Numbered from the stretch's first letter, positions 43,289 through 53,189 are shown. The stretch is 64,000 nucleotides of DNA from an uncultured Solirubrobacterales bacterium (GCA_963704515.1 OY969913.1:1352137-1416136), one strand, 5' to 3'. The notes: generated from the letters alone by a model not told the origin. Numbers and translations: made by a program.

Positions 43289-44014
43289 ATGCCCGCCTCG
43301 CGCAGCTACGACCGCGCTCCCGCCGACATCCGGCCGGTGACGATCGACCCCGGCTTCGTCGACTCGGCCGACGGCTCGGCGCTGATCTCGATCGGACGAA
43401 CGCGGGTGATCTGCACCGCCTCGGTGAACGGCACCGTGCCGCGCTGGATGGCGGGCCGCGGCAAGGGCTGGGTGACGGCCGAGTACGCGATGCTGCCCGC
43501 CTCGACCGGCGAGCGCAAGTCGCGCGACATCGCCAAGGGCAAGCAGGACGGGCGCGGGGTCGAGATCCAGCGCCTGATCGGGCGAGCGCTGCGCGTAGTC
43601 GTCGACTTCAAGGAGCTTGGGGAACGCAGCGTCTACGTCGACTGCGACGTGCTCGAAGCCGACGGCGGCACCCGCTGCGCGGCGATCACCGGCGGTTACG
43701 TCGCACTGAAGCTCGCCTGTCAGAAGCTGGTCGACGCCGGCCAGCTCGAGCAGCTGCCCTTCAGCGGCTCGGTCGCCGCGGTCAGCGTCGGGATGGTCAA
43801 CGGGCGAGCGCTCTGCGACCTCGACTACGGCGAGGACTCGAACGCCGAGGTCGACGCCAACGTCGTGATGACCGGCGACGGCGGCCTGGTCGAGGTGCAG
43901 GCGACGGCCGAGCGCACGCCGCTCTCGCGCGCCTCGCTCGACGAGTTGCTCGGCCTCGCCGAGATGGGCATCTCGCGCCTGCGCCAGGTGCAGGAGCGGG
44001 CCACAGGCGGGTAG
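43289..44014 (+). CDS. rph: ribonuclease PH
   Basis: The ATG at 43289 gives MPASRSYDRAPADIRPVTIDPGFVDSADGSALISIGRTRVICTASV...GRGKGWVTAEYAMLP. 241 aa is the expected size. Confidence 0.9.
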   Translation: MPASRSYDRAPADIRPVTIDPGFVDSADGSALISIGRTRVICTASVNGTVPRWMAGRGKGWVTAEYAMLPASTGERKSRDIAKGKQDGRGVEIQRLIGRALRVVVDFKELGERSVYVDCDVLEADGGTRCAAITGGYVALKLACQKLVDAGQLEQLPFSGSVAAVSVGMVNGRALCDLDYGEDSNAEVDANVVMTGDGGLVEVQATAERTPLSRASLDELLGLAEMGISRLRQVQERATGG

Positions 44015-44034
44015 TACCTGGTGGATACGGCCGC

Positions 44035-44634
44035 ATGATCTTCGCCACCGCCAACAAGCACAAGCTGCGCGAGCTCTCCGAACTGCTGCCCGGCGTCGAG
44101 CTGGAGCCGCTGCCGGCCGGCGTCCGCCTGCCACCCGAGGACGGCGATTCCTTCGCCGAGATCGCGCTGGAGAAGGCGCGCGCCGCCCACGTCGCCACCG
44201 GCGAGCCGGCGATCGGCGACGACTCGGGGATCGAGGCGATCGGGCTCGGCGGCCGGCCCGGCATCCACTCGGCGCGTTACGGCGGCGATGACGCGACCGA
44301 CGAGGAGAACCTGGACAAGTTGCTGCGCGAGGTGGCCGAGGCGGGCGAGGACCGCCGCGCCGCCTACCACTGCGCCCTGGCGCTGGTCGAGGAGGACGGC
44401 GGCGAGCACCTCTTCGAGGCTCGCTGCGAGGGCCGGCTGATCGCCGAGCCGCGCGGCGAGGGCGGCTTCGGCTACGACCCGGCCTTCGTCCCCGACGACA
44501 CCGGCCCCGGAGACCCGCGCACGATGTCCGAGCTGAGCCAGGCGGAGAAGAACGCGATCAGCCACCGCGGCCACGCCGCGCGGCTGCTGGCGCGGCACCT
44601 CGGCGCCGGCGAGGCGGCGACGAGCGGGCGATGA
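44035..44634 (+). CDS. rdgB: non-canonical purine NTP pyrophosphatase (RdgB/HAM1)
   Basis: MIFATANKHKLRE...GDDSGIE...GFGYDPAF...SHRG. Confidence 0.9.
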   Translation: MIFATANKHKLRELSELLPGVELEPLPAGVRLPPEDGDSFAEIALEKARAAHVATGEPAIGDDSGIEAIGLGGRPGIHSARYGGDDATDEENLDKLLREVAEAGEDRRAAYHCALALVEEDGGEHLFEARCEGRLIAEPRGEGGFGYDPAFVPDDTGPGDPRTMSELSQAEKNAISHRGHAARLLARHLGAGEAATSGR

Positions 44635-45542
44635 TCCGCACCAAGAGCGGCGCGGCGGCGCTCTCGATCGCCTCCAACGCGTTGCTGATCGCGATCAAGC
44701 TGGCCGCCGGGGCGATCACCGGCTCGATCGCGATCGTCACCGAGGCCGTCCACTCGCTGATCGACTTGGTCGCCTCGGTGGTTGCCTTCGTCTCGGTGCG
44801 CAAGGCCGACGAGCCGGCCGACGCCGGGCACCCCTACGGCCACGAGAAGGTCGAGAGCCTGGCGGCGACGATCGAGGGCCTGCTGATCCTCGTTGGCGCC
44901 GGGATCATCGTCTACGAGGCGACCCATCGGCTGGTCGTCGGCGCCACGGTCGATTCGCTTGGCGTCGGCATCGCGGTGATGGGCTTCTCGGTGCTCGCCA
45001 ACCTCGCCGTCTCCACGGTCCTCGCCCGCCAGGCGCGCGCCCACGAATCGCCCGCCCTCGAGGGCGACGCCGCCCACCTGCGCACCGACGCGATGACCTC
45101 GGCAGGGGTGCTGGTCGGTCTCGCCGTCGTGGAGGTCACCGGCGACGCCGCCTTCGACTCGATCACCGCGCTGATCGTCGCCGGCGCGATCGTCACCGCC
45201 GGCATCAGGATCGTGCGCCGCTCCTCCGGCGTGCTGGTCGACGAAGCCCTGCCCGACGAGGAGATGGACCGGATCGAGGCGGCGATTGCCGCCGCCCGCA
45301 CCCCCGAGGTGGCTGGTTACCACAAGCTGCGCGCCCGGCGGGCCGGCAGCCGCCGCTACATCGACCTCCACGTCCAGTACCGCTCCGGCACCAGCCTCGA
45401 GCGTGCCCACGAGCTCGCCCACGCGATGCGCGACGAGATCGAGGCGTCGATCCGCGGCGCCGAAGTCCTGATCCACGCCGAGCCCGAGACCTCCCTGCGC
45501 GATCCCGATCAAGCCCGCCAGGGCCCCTTCCGCGCCGGCTGA
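44631..45542 (+). CDS. cation diffusion facilitator (CDF) family transporter
   Basis: SNALLIAIKLAAGAITGSIAIVTEAVHSLIDL..., HLRTDA, and a C-terminal cytoplasmic domain. Overlaps the rdgB stop (ATGA). Confidence 0.85.
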   Translation: MIRTKSGAAALSIASNALLIAIKLAAGAITGSIAIVTEAVHSLIDLVASVVAFVSVRKADEPADAGHPYGHEKVESLAATIEGLLILVGAGIIVYEATHRLVVGATVDSLGVGIAVMGFSVLANLAVSTVLARQARAHESPALEGDAAHLRTDAMTSAGVLVGLAVVEVTGDAAFDSITALIVAGAIVTAGIRIVRRSSGVLVDEALPDEEMDRIEAAIAAARTPEVAGYHKLRARRAGSRRYIDLHVQYRSGTSLERAHELAHAMRDEIEASIRGAEVLIHAEPETSLRDPDQARQGPFRAG

Positions 45543-45550
45543 CGCGGGGT

Positions 45551-45596
45551 CGACGGGCCGATATGTCAAGGATGCCTTGACATATCGGCCCGTCGG
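45551..45596. repeat. 46-nt palindromic element, copy 1 (21-bp stem, 3-nt loop), intergenic
   Basis: cgacgggccgatatgtcaaggatgccttgacatatcggcccgtcgg is identical to 55519-55564. It lies 9 nt after the CDF stop, between convergent genes, so it is positioned like a terminator. Confidence 0.9.
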
Positions 45597-45603
45597 CGGC
45601 GGG

Positions 45604-45753
45604 TTAGGGCGAGGGCAGCAGGTTGACCGCGGCGGCGAGGCCGACGGCGACCAGGGTGATCGCGTAACCGCTGTAGCCGTTGAAGGCGAAGGCGACCGCG
45701 GCGACCGCGCAGATGGCGACGACGGTGATCCAGGAGGCGCGGGCCAGTGACAC
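45604..45753 (-). CDS. possible small membrane protein (49 aa)
   Basis: The GTG at 45753 gives VSLARASWITVVAICAVAAVAFAFNGYSGYAITLVAVGLAAAVNLLPSP (two hydrophobic helices). The rest of track ORF 45604..46290 is Arg/Pro-rich shadow. Confidence 0.3.
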   Translation of the reverse strand: MSLARASWITVVAICAVAAVAFAFNGYSGYAITLVAVGLAAAVNLLPSP

Positions 45754-45773
45754 GGGCCGGTATTTTGGCCGAG

Positions 45774-46160
45774 ATGGCCGACGTTGGGATGAGCGGTGCG
45801 GTGAGCGGCGAGGCGGCGGAGGCCGCGCTCGCCTATCTGACCGAGATGTCGCCCGACCTGCGCGGCGCCGCGATCCTCGCCGGCGACGGCACGGTGCTGG
45901 CCGCCAGCGGCCACCCGGATCGCTGGCGCGAGGACGCCGCGACGCTGCTCGCGGTCGCCGACCGGGCCGGCGAGGGGCCGGTCGAGCGGCTCCACATCGC
46001 CACCGAGCAGGGCGAGGTCTTCGCCGTGCGCCACGCCGGCCTTGCCGCGGTGGCGGTGACCGAGCGCTTCGCGCTCGCCTCGCTGCTGCACTTCGACATG
46101 CGCTCGGTCCTGCGCGATCTGGCGGACGGGGGAGACGGGACGGATCTCGATGCCGCCTAA
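45774..46160 (+). CDS. Roadblock/LC7-like domain protein
   Basis: The ATG at 45774 gives ...ALAYLTEMSPDLRGAAILAGDGTVLAASG...VFAVRHAGLAAVAVTERFALASLL. The family call is inference from this pattern. Confidence 0.55.
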   Translation: MADVGMSGAVSGEAAEAALAYLTEMSPDLRGAAILAGDGTVLAASGHPDRWREDAATLLAVADRAGEGPVERLHIATEQGEVFAVRHAGLAAVAVTERFALASLLHFDMRSVLRDLADGGDGTDLDAA

Positions 46161-46374
46161 GCCGCACCGCGTTCTGTTCGACCGGGTCTCCGGCTACGCC
46201 GACGAGGCGGCCGCCTACATGCGCCGGCGCCGCGTCTCGCGGCGGCCCTTCGCCCGCCTCTACTACGCGGGTGGGCGGGCCAGCGACCACGCCGCCGACA
46301 CCCTCATCGGCGGCGAGCTCTTCGTCACCGCCGGGCGCCTGATCGAGGTTGCAGGGAAGCGGCCACGATCGTGA
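46150..46374 (+). CDS. small hypothetical protein (74 aa)
   Basis: Strong G/C third-position bias. Overlaps the upstream gene by 11 nt and the tldD start by GTGA. Confidence 0.4.
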   Translation: MPPKPHRVLFDRVSGYADEAAAYMRRRRVSRRPFARLYYAGGRASDHAADTLIGGELFVTAGRLIEVAGKRPRS

Positions 46375-47756
46375 CCGAGCTGATCGACCGCGAGTTGGCC
46401 GAGCGCGTTCTCGGCCGGGCGCTCGCCCACGGCGGCGAGCTCGCCGAGGTCTTCGCCGAACGCAGCGGCGGGATGACCCTGGCGATCGACGAGTCGCGGG
46501 TCGAATCGGTCCAGTCGGGCGCCGGCGAAGGCGCCGGCGTGCGCGTCGTCGAGGGCGGCACCACCTACTTCGCCCACGTCGACGGCCTCGACCCCGACGA
46601 CCTCGAGCGGGCCGCGGGCGAGGCCGCGGCCGCGCTGCGCGCCGGGCGGGCCGAGCCGCGGCCGCTGCAGGCGCGGTCCACGACCCCCTTCCCGATCGAG
46701 CAGCCGCCGGCCGAGGTCCCGGCGGAGCGCAAGGCGGCGCTGCTGCGCGAGCTCGACCAGCGCGGTCGCGGCGCCGGGCCGGAGATCGCCCAGTTCATGG
46801 CCTCCTATGCCGAGGTCCGGCGCCAGGTGACGGTCGCCAACTCCGAGGGCCTGTTCGCCGGCGACGACCGCACCCGGGTGCGGATCGGCGCCCAGGCCGT
46901 GGCCCGCCGCGGCGATCGGGTCGAGACCGGCGCCGAGACCCTCGGCGGCCACCGCGGCTTCGAGCTCTTCGACGACGACCCGGGCGCGATCGCCGCCGCC
47001 GCCGGGCGCAAGGCGCTCACCCTGCTCGACGCGGTGCCCGCCCCGGCCGGCTCGATGCCGGTCGTCGTCGGCGGCGGCTTCGGCGGCGTCCTCTTCCACG
47101 AGATGACAGGCCACGGCCTCGAGGCCGACCACGTGCAGAAGGGGGCCAGCGTCTACACCGGCAAGCTCGGCGAGGCGGTCGCCCAGCCGCTGCTCACCGC
47201 CTACGACGACGGCCGCATGCCGGGCGAGTGGGGCAGCGACGCGATTGACGACGAGGGAACGCCGACGCAGAAGACGATGGTGATCGAGGACGGCCGGCTG
47301 ACGGCCTACCTCTACGACCGGCTCACCGCGCGTCGCGCCGGGGCCGCGTCGACCGGCAACGGGCGCCGCGAGAGCTTCCGTCACCTGCCGGTGCCGCGCA
47401 TGACCAACACCTACATCGCCCCCGGCGAGCCGACGCCCGAGGAGATCATCGCCGATGTCGAGCGCGGCTTCTACGCGGTCTCCTTCGCCGGCGGCCAGGT
47501 CGACCCGGCGACCGGCGACTTCGTCTTCGGCGTCTCCGAGGGCTATCTGATCGAGGCCGGCGAGGTGACCCGGCCCTGTCGCGGTGCGACTCTGATCGGC
47601 AACTGCCTCGAGGCGCTGGCGGCGATCGACGCGGTCGGCAACGACTTCGAGATGAAGACCGGGGTCTGCGGCAAGGCGGGCCAGAAAGTCCCGGTCGGCA
47701 CCGGCCAGGGACACGTGCGCATCGCCGCGATGACGGTCGGGGGGACGGAGGTTTGA
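46371..47756 (+). CDS. tldD: TldD-family metalloprotease
   Basis: 461 aa with GGVLFHEMTGHGLEAD (HExxxH-type motif). Confidence 0.85.
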   Translation: MTELIDRELAERVLGRALAHGGELAEVFAERSGGMTLAIDESRVESVQSGAGEGAGVRVVEGGTTYFAHVDGLDPDDLERAAGEAAAALRAGRAEPRPLQARSTTPFPIEQPPAEVPAERKAALLRELDQRGRGAGPEIAQFMASYAEVRRQVTVANSEGLFAGDDRTRVRIGAQAVARRGDRVETGAETLGGHRGFELFDDDPGAIAAAAGRKALTLLDAVPAPAGSMPVVVGGGFGGVLFHEMTGHGLEADHVQKGASVYTGKLGEAVAQPLLTAYDDGRMPGEWGSDAIDDEGTPTQKTMVIEDGRLTAYLYDRLTARRAGAASTGNGRRESFRHLPVPRMTNTYIAPGEPTPEEIIADVERGFYAVSFAGGQVDPATGDFVFGVSEGYLIEAGEVTRPCRGATLIGNCLEALAAIDAVGNDFEMKTGVCGKAGQKVPVGTGQGHVRIAAMTVGGTEV

Positions 47757-49135
47757 TCGAGAGCGCGCGGCGCGCCGTCGAGGCGACGCTGGCGGCGGGC
47801 GCCTCCGACGCCGAGGCCTACGCCTCCGAGGACTCCGAGCGCGAGGTGCGCGCCCACGGCGGCGAGGTCGAGAGCCTGACCGCGGCGACCAAACGCGGGA
47901 TCGGCGTCCGCGCCTGGATCGGCCGGCGCGTCGGCTACGCCCACGGCACCGATCTCTCGCCAGCCGGAATCGCCTCCCTCGCCGAGCGCGCCGCCGGCGC
48001 CGCCCAAATCGCCGACGAGGACCCCTACGCCGCCCCCCCCGAGCTTCCGGTGCGCCTTAGCCCCGATATCGGGGGAGAAGGCGCACCGGAACCGCCCTCC
48101 GAGTTGGTGCTGACGGATGCGTCGCTCGGGGAGTGGGGGGTTGATCGGGTGGCTGAGGTCGCTCTGGCGATTGAGCGGGCCGCGCTCGGTGCCGACGATC
48201 GGGTCGCCGGGGTGGAGCAGGCGGTCTACGCCGACTCGCGGGAGCGGGTCGCGATCGTCTCCTCGCGGGGGATCGACGGTGAGTACGAGACCTCCAGCTG
48301 TTACGGCTACGCCCAGGCGCTGGCGGAGGGCGAGGGGGCGCGGGAGACGGGACTCGGCTTCGGCCTCGGCCGCGGCCCCGCCGCGCTCGACCCCGAGGCG
48401 ATCGGCCGCGAGGCGGCGCAGCGCGCCACGGCGATGATCGGCGCCGGCAAGCCGGCCTCGCGCTCCTGTCCGGTGCTGCTCGACCCGACCGTCGCCTCGA
48501 GCTTCGTCTTGCTGCTCGGCAACGCGCTTGCGGCGAGCGCCGTGCAGCGCGGCCGCTCGCCGCTCGCCGGACGCCTCGGCGAGCAGGTCGCCGGCGAGGC
48601 CTTCGTCCTCCATGACGACGGACTCGACCCCGAGGGCTTCGGCTCGGCCCCGCTCGACGGCGAGGGCGTGCCGCACCGGCGCACCGCGCTGGTCGAGGGC
48701 GGTGCCCTGCACACCTACCTCTACGACACCTACACGGCGCGCCGCGGCAGCGCCGCCTCGACCGGCAACGCGGGGCGCGGCGGCTACCGCACGCTGCCCT
48801 CGGTCTCGACCTCCAACCTGGTCGTCGCCCCGGGGACGCTGGGCACCGAGGAGCTGCTCGCCGAGGCGGGCGACGGCGTCTTCATCGACGACGTCGCCGG
48901 CCTGCACTCGGGCGTCAACCCGGTCACCGGGGTCTTCTCGGTCGGCGCTTCGGGGCGGGCGATCCGCGGCGGCGAGCTGGCCGAGCCGCTGCGCGAGTTC
49001 ACGATCGCCAGCGATCTGGTCTCGATGCTGCGAGCGGTGAGCGCGGCCGGCACCGAGGCCCGTTGGGTGCCGTTCGGCGGGTCGGTGAGCACGCCGCCCC
49101 TGCTGATCGCGGCGATGACGGTCGCCGGATCCTGA
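47753..49135 (+). CDS. pmbA: PmbA/TldE-family protein
   Basis: 460-aa TldD paralog without the HExxxH motif. TTGA overlap with tldD. Confidence 0.8.
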   Translation: MIESARRAVEATLAAGASDAEAYASEDSEREVRAHGGEVESLTAATKRGIGVRAWIGRRVGYAHGTDLSPAGIASLAERAAGAAQIADEDPYAAPPELPVRLSPDIGGEGAPEPPSELVLTDASLGEWGVDRVAEVALAIERAALGADDRVAGVEQAVYADSRERVAIVSSRGIDGEYETSSCYGYAQALAEGEGARETGLGFGLGRGPAALDPEAIGREAAQRATAMIGAGKPASRSCPVLLDPTVASSFVLLLGNALAASAVQRGRSPLAGRLGEQVAGEAFVLHDDGLDPEGFGSAPLDGEGVPHRRTALVEGGALHTYLYDTYTARRGSAASTGNAGRGGYRTLPSVSTSNLVVAPGTLGTEELLAEAGDGVFIDDVAGLHSGVNPVTGVFSVGASGRAIRGGELAEPLREFTIASDLVSMLRAVSAAGTEARWVPFGGSVSTPPLLIAAMTVAGS

Positions 49136-49211
49136 GTCCCAAGCGCTTTTACGCCGTTTCCGGTGTTAGATTGCGGCGGATTTCAACCACCCCTGATGGA
49201 GGAGCTTCCAC

Positions 49212-49490
49212 GTGACAAAGGCTGAGTTTCTGGACCAACTTGCAGGCGACGAGCGACTGGGCAGCAAGAAAGCCGCGGGCGACGCGTTGGACGCCGTGCT
49301 CGAGGCGATCACCGACACCCTGAGCGGCGGCGGAGAAGTCAGCTTCACCGGGTTCGGCAAGTTCCACGTCGCCGAGCGCGGTCCCCGTCAGGGCGTCAAC
49401 CCCCGCACCGGCGAGCGGATCACGATTCCGGGTGGCAAGGTGCCGCGCTTTTCCGCCGGCTCGGCGCTGAAGTCCAAGGTCAAAGGCTGA
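49212..49490 (+). CDS. hup: DNA-binding protein HU
   Basis: GGAGGAG ribosome-binding site, GTG start. FGKFHVAERGPRQGVNPRTGERITIPGGKVPRFSAG. Confidence 0.9.
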   Translation: MTKAEFLDQLAGDERLGSKKAAGDALDAVLEAITDTLSGGGEVSFTGFGKFHVAERGPRQGVNPRTGERITIPGGKVPRFSAGSALKSKVKG

Positions 49491-49549
49491 GCAAGCCGTC
49501 CTCCGCATTCGCCCGGGTCGCCGCCGCGGCCGCGCTGGTCGCGGCCTTC

Positions 49550-49810
49550 GTGCTGCTGGTCGTCGTCATCGGCAGCACGCTCGGCGGCAGCGACTCGGGC
49601 AATTCGGGCGGCCACCGCCATCACGGCAAGGCCGCCCACCAGGCCGCCCCGCAGCGGTCCCACGCTCCGGCCACCTACGTGGTCAAGAGCGGCGACACCC
49701 TGATCTCCATCTCGCACCAGTTCGGCCTGTCGGTGGCGCGCATCGTCGAACTCAACCCCGAAGTCGACCCGCAGATCCTGATCGCGGGCGAAAAGCTCAA
49801 GCTTCGGTGA
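49550..49810 (+). CDS. LysM-domain protein (N-terminus uncertain)
   Basis: YVVKSGDTLISISHQFGLSVARIVELNPEVDPQILIAGEKLKL. The hydrophobic N-terminal segment continues upstream of the first canonical start, so the true start is unclear. Confidence 0.65.
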   Translation: MLLVVVIGSTLGGSDSGNSGGHRHHGKAAHQAAPQRSHAPATYVVKSGDTLISISHQFGLSVARIVELNPEVDPQILIAGEKLKLR

Positions 49811-50997
49811 GCTCGCGCCGAATCGGCGCGGTCCTGGTCGCGATCCTGGCGCTGGCCCTGCTGCCGGTCTCCCCGGCTGCCGCGTCGAGGAAGGGCCCGC
49901 CGGTCGAGGCCCGCGCCTGGGCCCTGATCGATGCCCGCGACGGCGACGTGCTGGTCTCCCACGCTGCTGCGCGCAAGCTGCCGATCGCCAGCACGACGAA
50001 GCTGATGACCGCCTACGTCGTCCTGCACGAGCTGCCGCTCGACCGGATCGTGCGCGCCGCGCCATACGACGCCGAATACGGCGAGTCGCTGCTCAACCTG
50101 CGTCCCGGCCAGCGGATCAGCGTGCGCGACCTGCTCTACGGCCTGATCCTGCGCAGTGGCAACGACGCCGCCTACGACCTGGCCCGCGCCGCGGCCGGCT
50201 CGGTGCCGCGCTTCGTGCGCCAGATGAACCGCTACGCGGCGGCCCTCGGCCTGGCCGACACGCACTACGCCAACCCGATCGGGCTCGACCAGCGCGGCAA
50301 CCACTCCAGCGCCCGCGACCTGGCGACGCTGACCCAACACCTGCTGCGCATCCCGGCCTTCGCCCGGATCGCCGCCTCGCGCAGCGCCGTGCTGCGCAGT
50401 GTCCACCCGCCGCGGCGGATCGAGACGATCAACGAGCTGCTCGACATGGCCCCCTGGGTGACCGGCGTGAAGACCGGCCACACCTTCGGCGCCCTCTACG
50501 TCCTGGTCGGCTCGGGGCGGCGCCGCGGCGCCGAACTGATCTCGGTCGCGATCGGGGCGCCGACCGACGAAGACCGCTTCCGCGACAACATCGACCTGCT
50601 GCGCTGGGGCTTCGGCCAGTACGAGCGCCGCCGGCCGATCCGGGCCGGCGAGGAGCTCGCCAGTCCCGACGTCCGCTACGCCGGCGGGGAGCTGGCGCTG
50701 CGCGCCGCCCGCGGGGTGACGGTCGGCCTGCGGCGCGGTCAGCGGCTGAGCACCTCGGTGCGCGCGCCGCGCGAAGTGGAGGGGCCGATCGAGCGCGGCC
50801 AGCGGCTCGGCAGGGCGACCGTGTACGTGGCCGGGATGCCGGCGGCGAGCGTGCCGCTGCGGGCCGGGCGCGACCTGCCGAAGGCGAGCGTCTCCGATCG
50901 CGTGCGCAGCTTCATCGGCTCCAACCCGATTCCGATCGCGATCGCGGTTTGCGTGATACTGGTTGGGGCAGTAGTGATGAGGCGCTTCTCACGATGA
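49807..50997 (+). CDS. D-alanyl-D-alanine carboxypeptidase (S11, PBP5-type)
   Basis: SxxK (ASTTKLM), SxN (RSGND) and KTG (VKTGHT) motifs. Signal peptide. GTGA overlap with the LysM gene. Confidence 0.85.
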   Translation: MSSRRIGAVLVAILALALLPVSPAAASRKGPPVEARAWALIDARDGDVLVSHAAARKLPIASTTKLMTAYVVLHELPLDRIVRAAPYDAEYGESLLNLRPGQRISVRDLLYGLILRSGNDAAYDLARAAAGSVPRFVRQMNRYAAALGLADTHYANPIGLDQRGNHSSARDLATLTQHLLRIPAFARIAASRSAVLRSVHPPRRIETINELLDMAPWVTGVKTGHTFGALYVLVGSGRRRGAELISVAIGAPTDEDRFRDNIDLLRWGFGQYERRRPIRAGEELASPDVRYAGGELALRAARGVTVGLRRGQRLSTSVRAPREVEGPIERGQRLGRATVYVAGMPAASVPLRAGRDLPKASVSDRVRSFIGSNPIPIAIAVCVILVGAVVMRRFSR

Positions 50998-51950
50998 TCC
51001 TCACGGTAACCCTCAACGCCGCCATCGACCGGACGGTCGCGGTCCCCAACTTCCGGCTCGGCCACCGCCACCGGGCGGTCGAGAGCCGCACCCTGGCCGG
51101 CGGTAAGGGGATCAACGTGGCGCGGGCGCTGAAGCTGCTCGGCCGGCCGGTGATCGCGACCGGGTTCGCCGGCGGCCCGACCGGCGCCAGGCTGCTCGAG
51201 CAGCTGCGCGAGGAAGCGGTGCTCACCGACTTCACCCGGATCGCGGGCGAGACGCGGATCAACCTCGCGGTGATCGACCCTACCTCGGGCGAGCAGACCG
51301 AGATCAACGAGCGCGGCCCGGCGGTCAGCGCCGAGGAGGTCGAGGCCTTCGTCGCCCGACTGCGCTACCTGGCCGAGGGCGCCGAGCTCTGCGTGCTCGC
51401 CGGGAGCCTGCCGCCGGGCGCCGGAGACGACCTCTACGCCCGCCTGGTCAAGGAGCTCGGCGAGCGCGGCGTGCCGGTCGTGCTCGACGCCGAGGGCGAG
51501 GCGATGCTGGCCGGGCTGCGCGCCGGGGCCTCGATCGTCACCCCCAACGAGCGCGAGGCCGAGGAGCTGGTCGGCCAGGAGTTCGCCGACGGCGACGACC
51601 TCGTCCAAGGGCTCTCCGAGCTGATCCGGCTGGGCGCCGAGGAGGCGGCGATCACGCGCGCCGACGGCTGCGTGGCGGTCGTCGGCGAGGGGGCCGAGCG
51701 GCGCGCGCTCGAGGTGCGCACCGAGCCGCTGGAGGCCGTCTCCTCGGTCGGCTCCGGCGACGCCTTCCTCGCCGGCTACGTCGCCGCCCGCTACGACGGC
51801 CGCCCGGCCGAGGAGTGCCTCGCCTACGGGGTCGCCTGCGGGGCCGAGTCGACCCAGCACTTCGGCGCCGGCACCGTCGACCGCAACCAGGTCGAGCGCC
51901 TGCTCGGCGAGGTCCACGTCCAGGATTTGGAGGTCCCCGCCGAAGTGTAG
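50994..51950 (+). CDS. pfkB: PfkB-family kinase (1-phosphofructokinase-like)
   Basis: MILTVTLNAAIDRT...AGGKGINVARAL...VTPNEREAEEL...GSGDAFLAGYV. ATGA overlap with the upstream gene. Confidence 0.8.
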   Translation: MILTVTLNAAIDRTVAVPNFRLGHRHRAVESRTLAGGKGINVARALKLLGRPVIATGFAGGPTGARLLEQLREEAVLTDFTRIAGETRINLAVIDPTSGEQTEINERGPAVSAEEVEAFVARLRYLAEGAELCVLAGSLPPGAGDDLYARLVKELGERGVPVVLDAEGEAMLAGLRAGASIVTPNEREAEELVGQEFADGDDLVQGLSELIRLGAEEAAITRADGCVAVVGEGAERRALEVRTEPLEAVSSVGSGDAFLAGYVAARYDGRPAEECLAYGVACGAESTQHFGAGTVDRNQVERLLGEVHVQDLEVPAEV

Positions 51951-51983
51951 GCTGGGTCCTCAACGCCACCCTGGAGGACCTAA

Positions 51984-53189
51984 TTGGAGATCGACATCGG
52001 TCGGGGCAAGAAGGGGCGGCGCGCTTACGGATTCGACGACATCGCGATCGTCCCGTCGCGCCGCACACGCGATCCCGACGACATTGACATCAGCTGGACC
52101 CTCGGCCCGTACCGGTTCGAGCTGCCGCTTGTCGCCTCGGCGATGGACGGCGTCGTCAGCCCCGACACCGCGGTCCTCGTCAACGAGCTCGGCGGTCTCG
52201 GCGTGCTCAACCTGGAGGGGATCTGGACCCGCTTCGAGAACGCCGAGGAGCAGCTGGAGGCGGTTGCCGCGGCGCCCGTGCACGAGGCGACCCGGCTGAT
52301 GCAGAAGATCTACACCGAGCCGGTCAAGCCGGAGCTGGTCGGCCGGCGCATCGCGGAGATCAAGGAGCGCGGCGCGGTCGCCTGTGGCTCGCTGACCCCG
52401 CAGAAAGTGCGCGAGCACTACGAGATCGCGGTCGAGGCGGGGATCGACATCCTCGTCATCCAGGGCACGGTGATCTCGGCCGAACACGTCTCGACCACGG
52501 TCGAGCCGCTCAACCTGAAGGAGTTCATCGCCGAGGTGCCGGTGCCGACGGTCGTCGGCGGCTGCGCCTCCTACTCGACCGGCCTGCACCTGATGCGGAC
52601 CGGCGCGGTCGGCGTCCTCGTCGGGGTCGGCCCGGGCGCGGCCTGCACCACCCGCGGCGTGCTCGGCATCGGCGTGCCGCAGGCGACGGCGATCGCCGAC
52701 GTGGCGGCGGCCCGCTCGCAGCACATGCTGGAGACCGGCGAGTACGTCAACGTGATCGCCGACGGCGGCATGCGCACCGGCGGGGACGTCTCCAAGGCGA
52801 TCGCCTGCGGGGCGGACTCGGTGATGGTCGGCTCGCCCCTGGCTCGCGCCAAGGAGGCGCCCGGCCGCGGCTTCCACTGGGGGATGGCGACCTTCCATCC
52901 CTCGCTGCCGCGCGGCACCCGCGTCTCGACCCGCCAGGACGGGACGATGGAGGAGATCCTCCTCGGCCCGGCTCAGGAGAACGACGGCACCTTCAACCTG
53001 ATGGGGGCGCTGCGGACCTCGATGGCCACCACCGGCTACGAGGACATCCGTTCCTTCCAGCGGGCCGAGGTGATGGTCGCGCCGGCGCTGATGAGCGAGG
53101 GGAAGCAGCTGCAGAAGGAGCAGTCGGTGGGCATGGGCTCCAACGGGCGCGCGGCGGTCTCCGCCGGTGTTGGAGTCGCCGACGACTGA
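51984..53189 (+). CDS. GuaB3-type IMP dehydrogenase-related protein
   Basis: [37 protein letters not shown]...[10 protein letters not shown]..., a TIM-barrel IMPDH-like protein without a CBS insert. Confidence 0.8.
   Translation: MEIDIGRGKKGRRAYGFDDIAIVPSRRTRDPDDIDISWTLGPYRFELPLVASAMDGVVSPDTAVLVNELGGLGVLNLEGIWTRFENAEEQLEAVAAAPVHEATRLMQKIYTEPVKPELVGRRIAEIKERGAVACGSLTPQKVREHYEIAVEAGIDILVIQGTVISAEHVSTTVEPLNLKEFIAEVPVPTVVGGCASYSTGLHLMRTGAVGVLVGVGPGAACTTRGVLGIGVPQATAIADVAAARSQHMLETGEYVNVIADGGMRTGGDVSKAIACGADSVMVGSPLARAKEAPGRGFHWGMATFHPSLPRGTRVSTRQDGTMEEILLGPAQENDGTFNLMGALRTSMATTGYEDIRSFQRAEVMVAPALMSEGKQLQKEQSVGMGSNGRAAVSAGVGVADD

Noticed and set aside
44472-48907. Long minus-strand ORFs (44472..46091, 46263..47714, 47543..48907) opposite the CDF transporter, tldD and pmbA
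   Set aside because: They have shadow-ORF composition, while the plus-strand genes carry clear family signatures and are translationally coupled.
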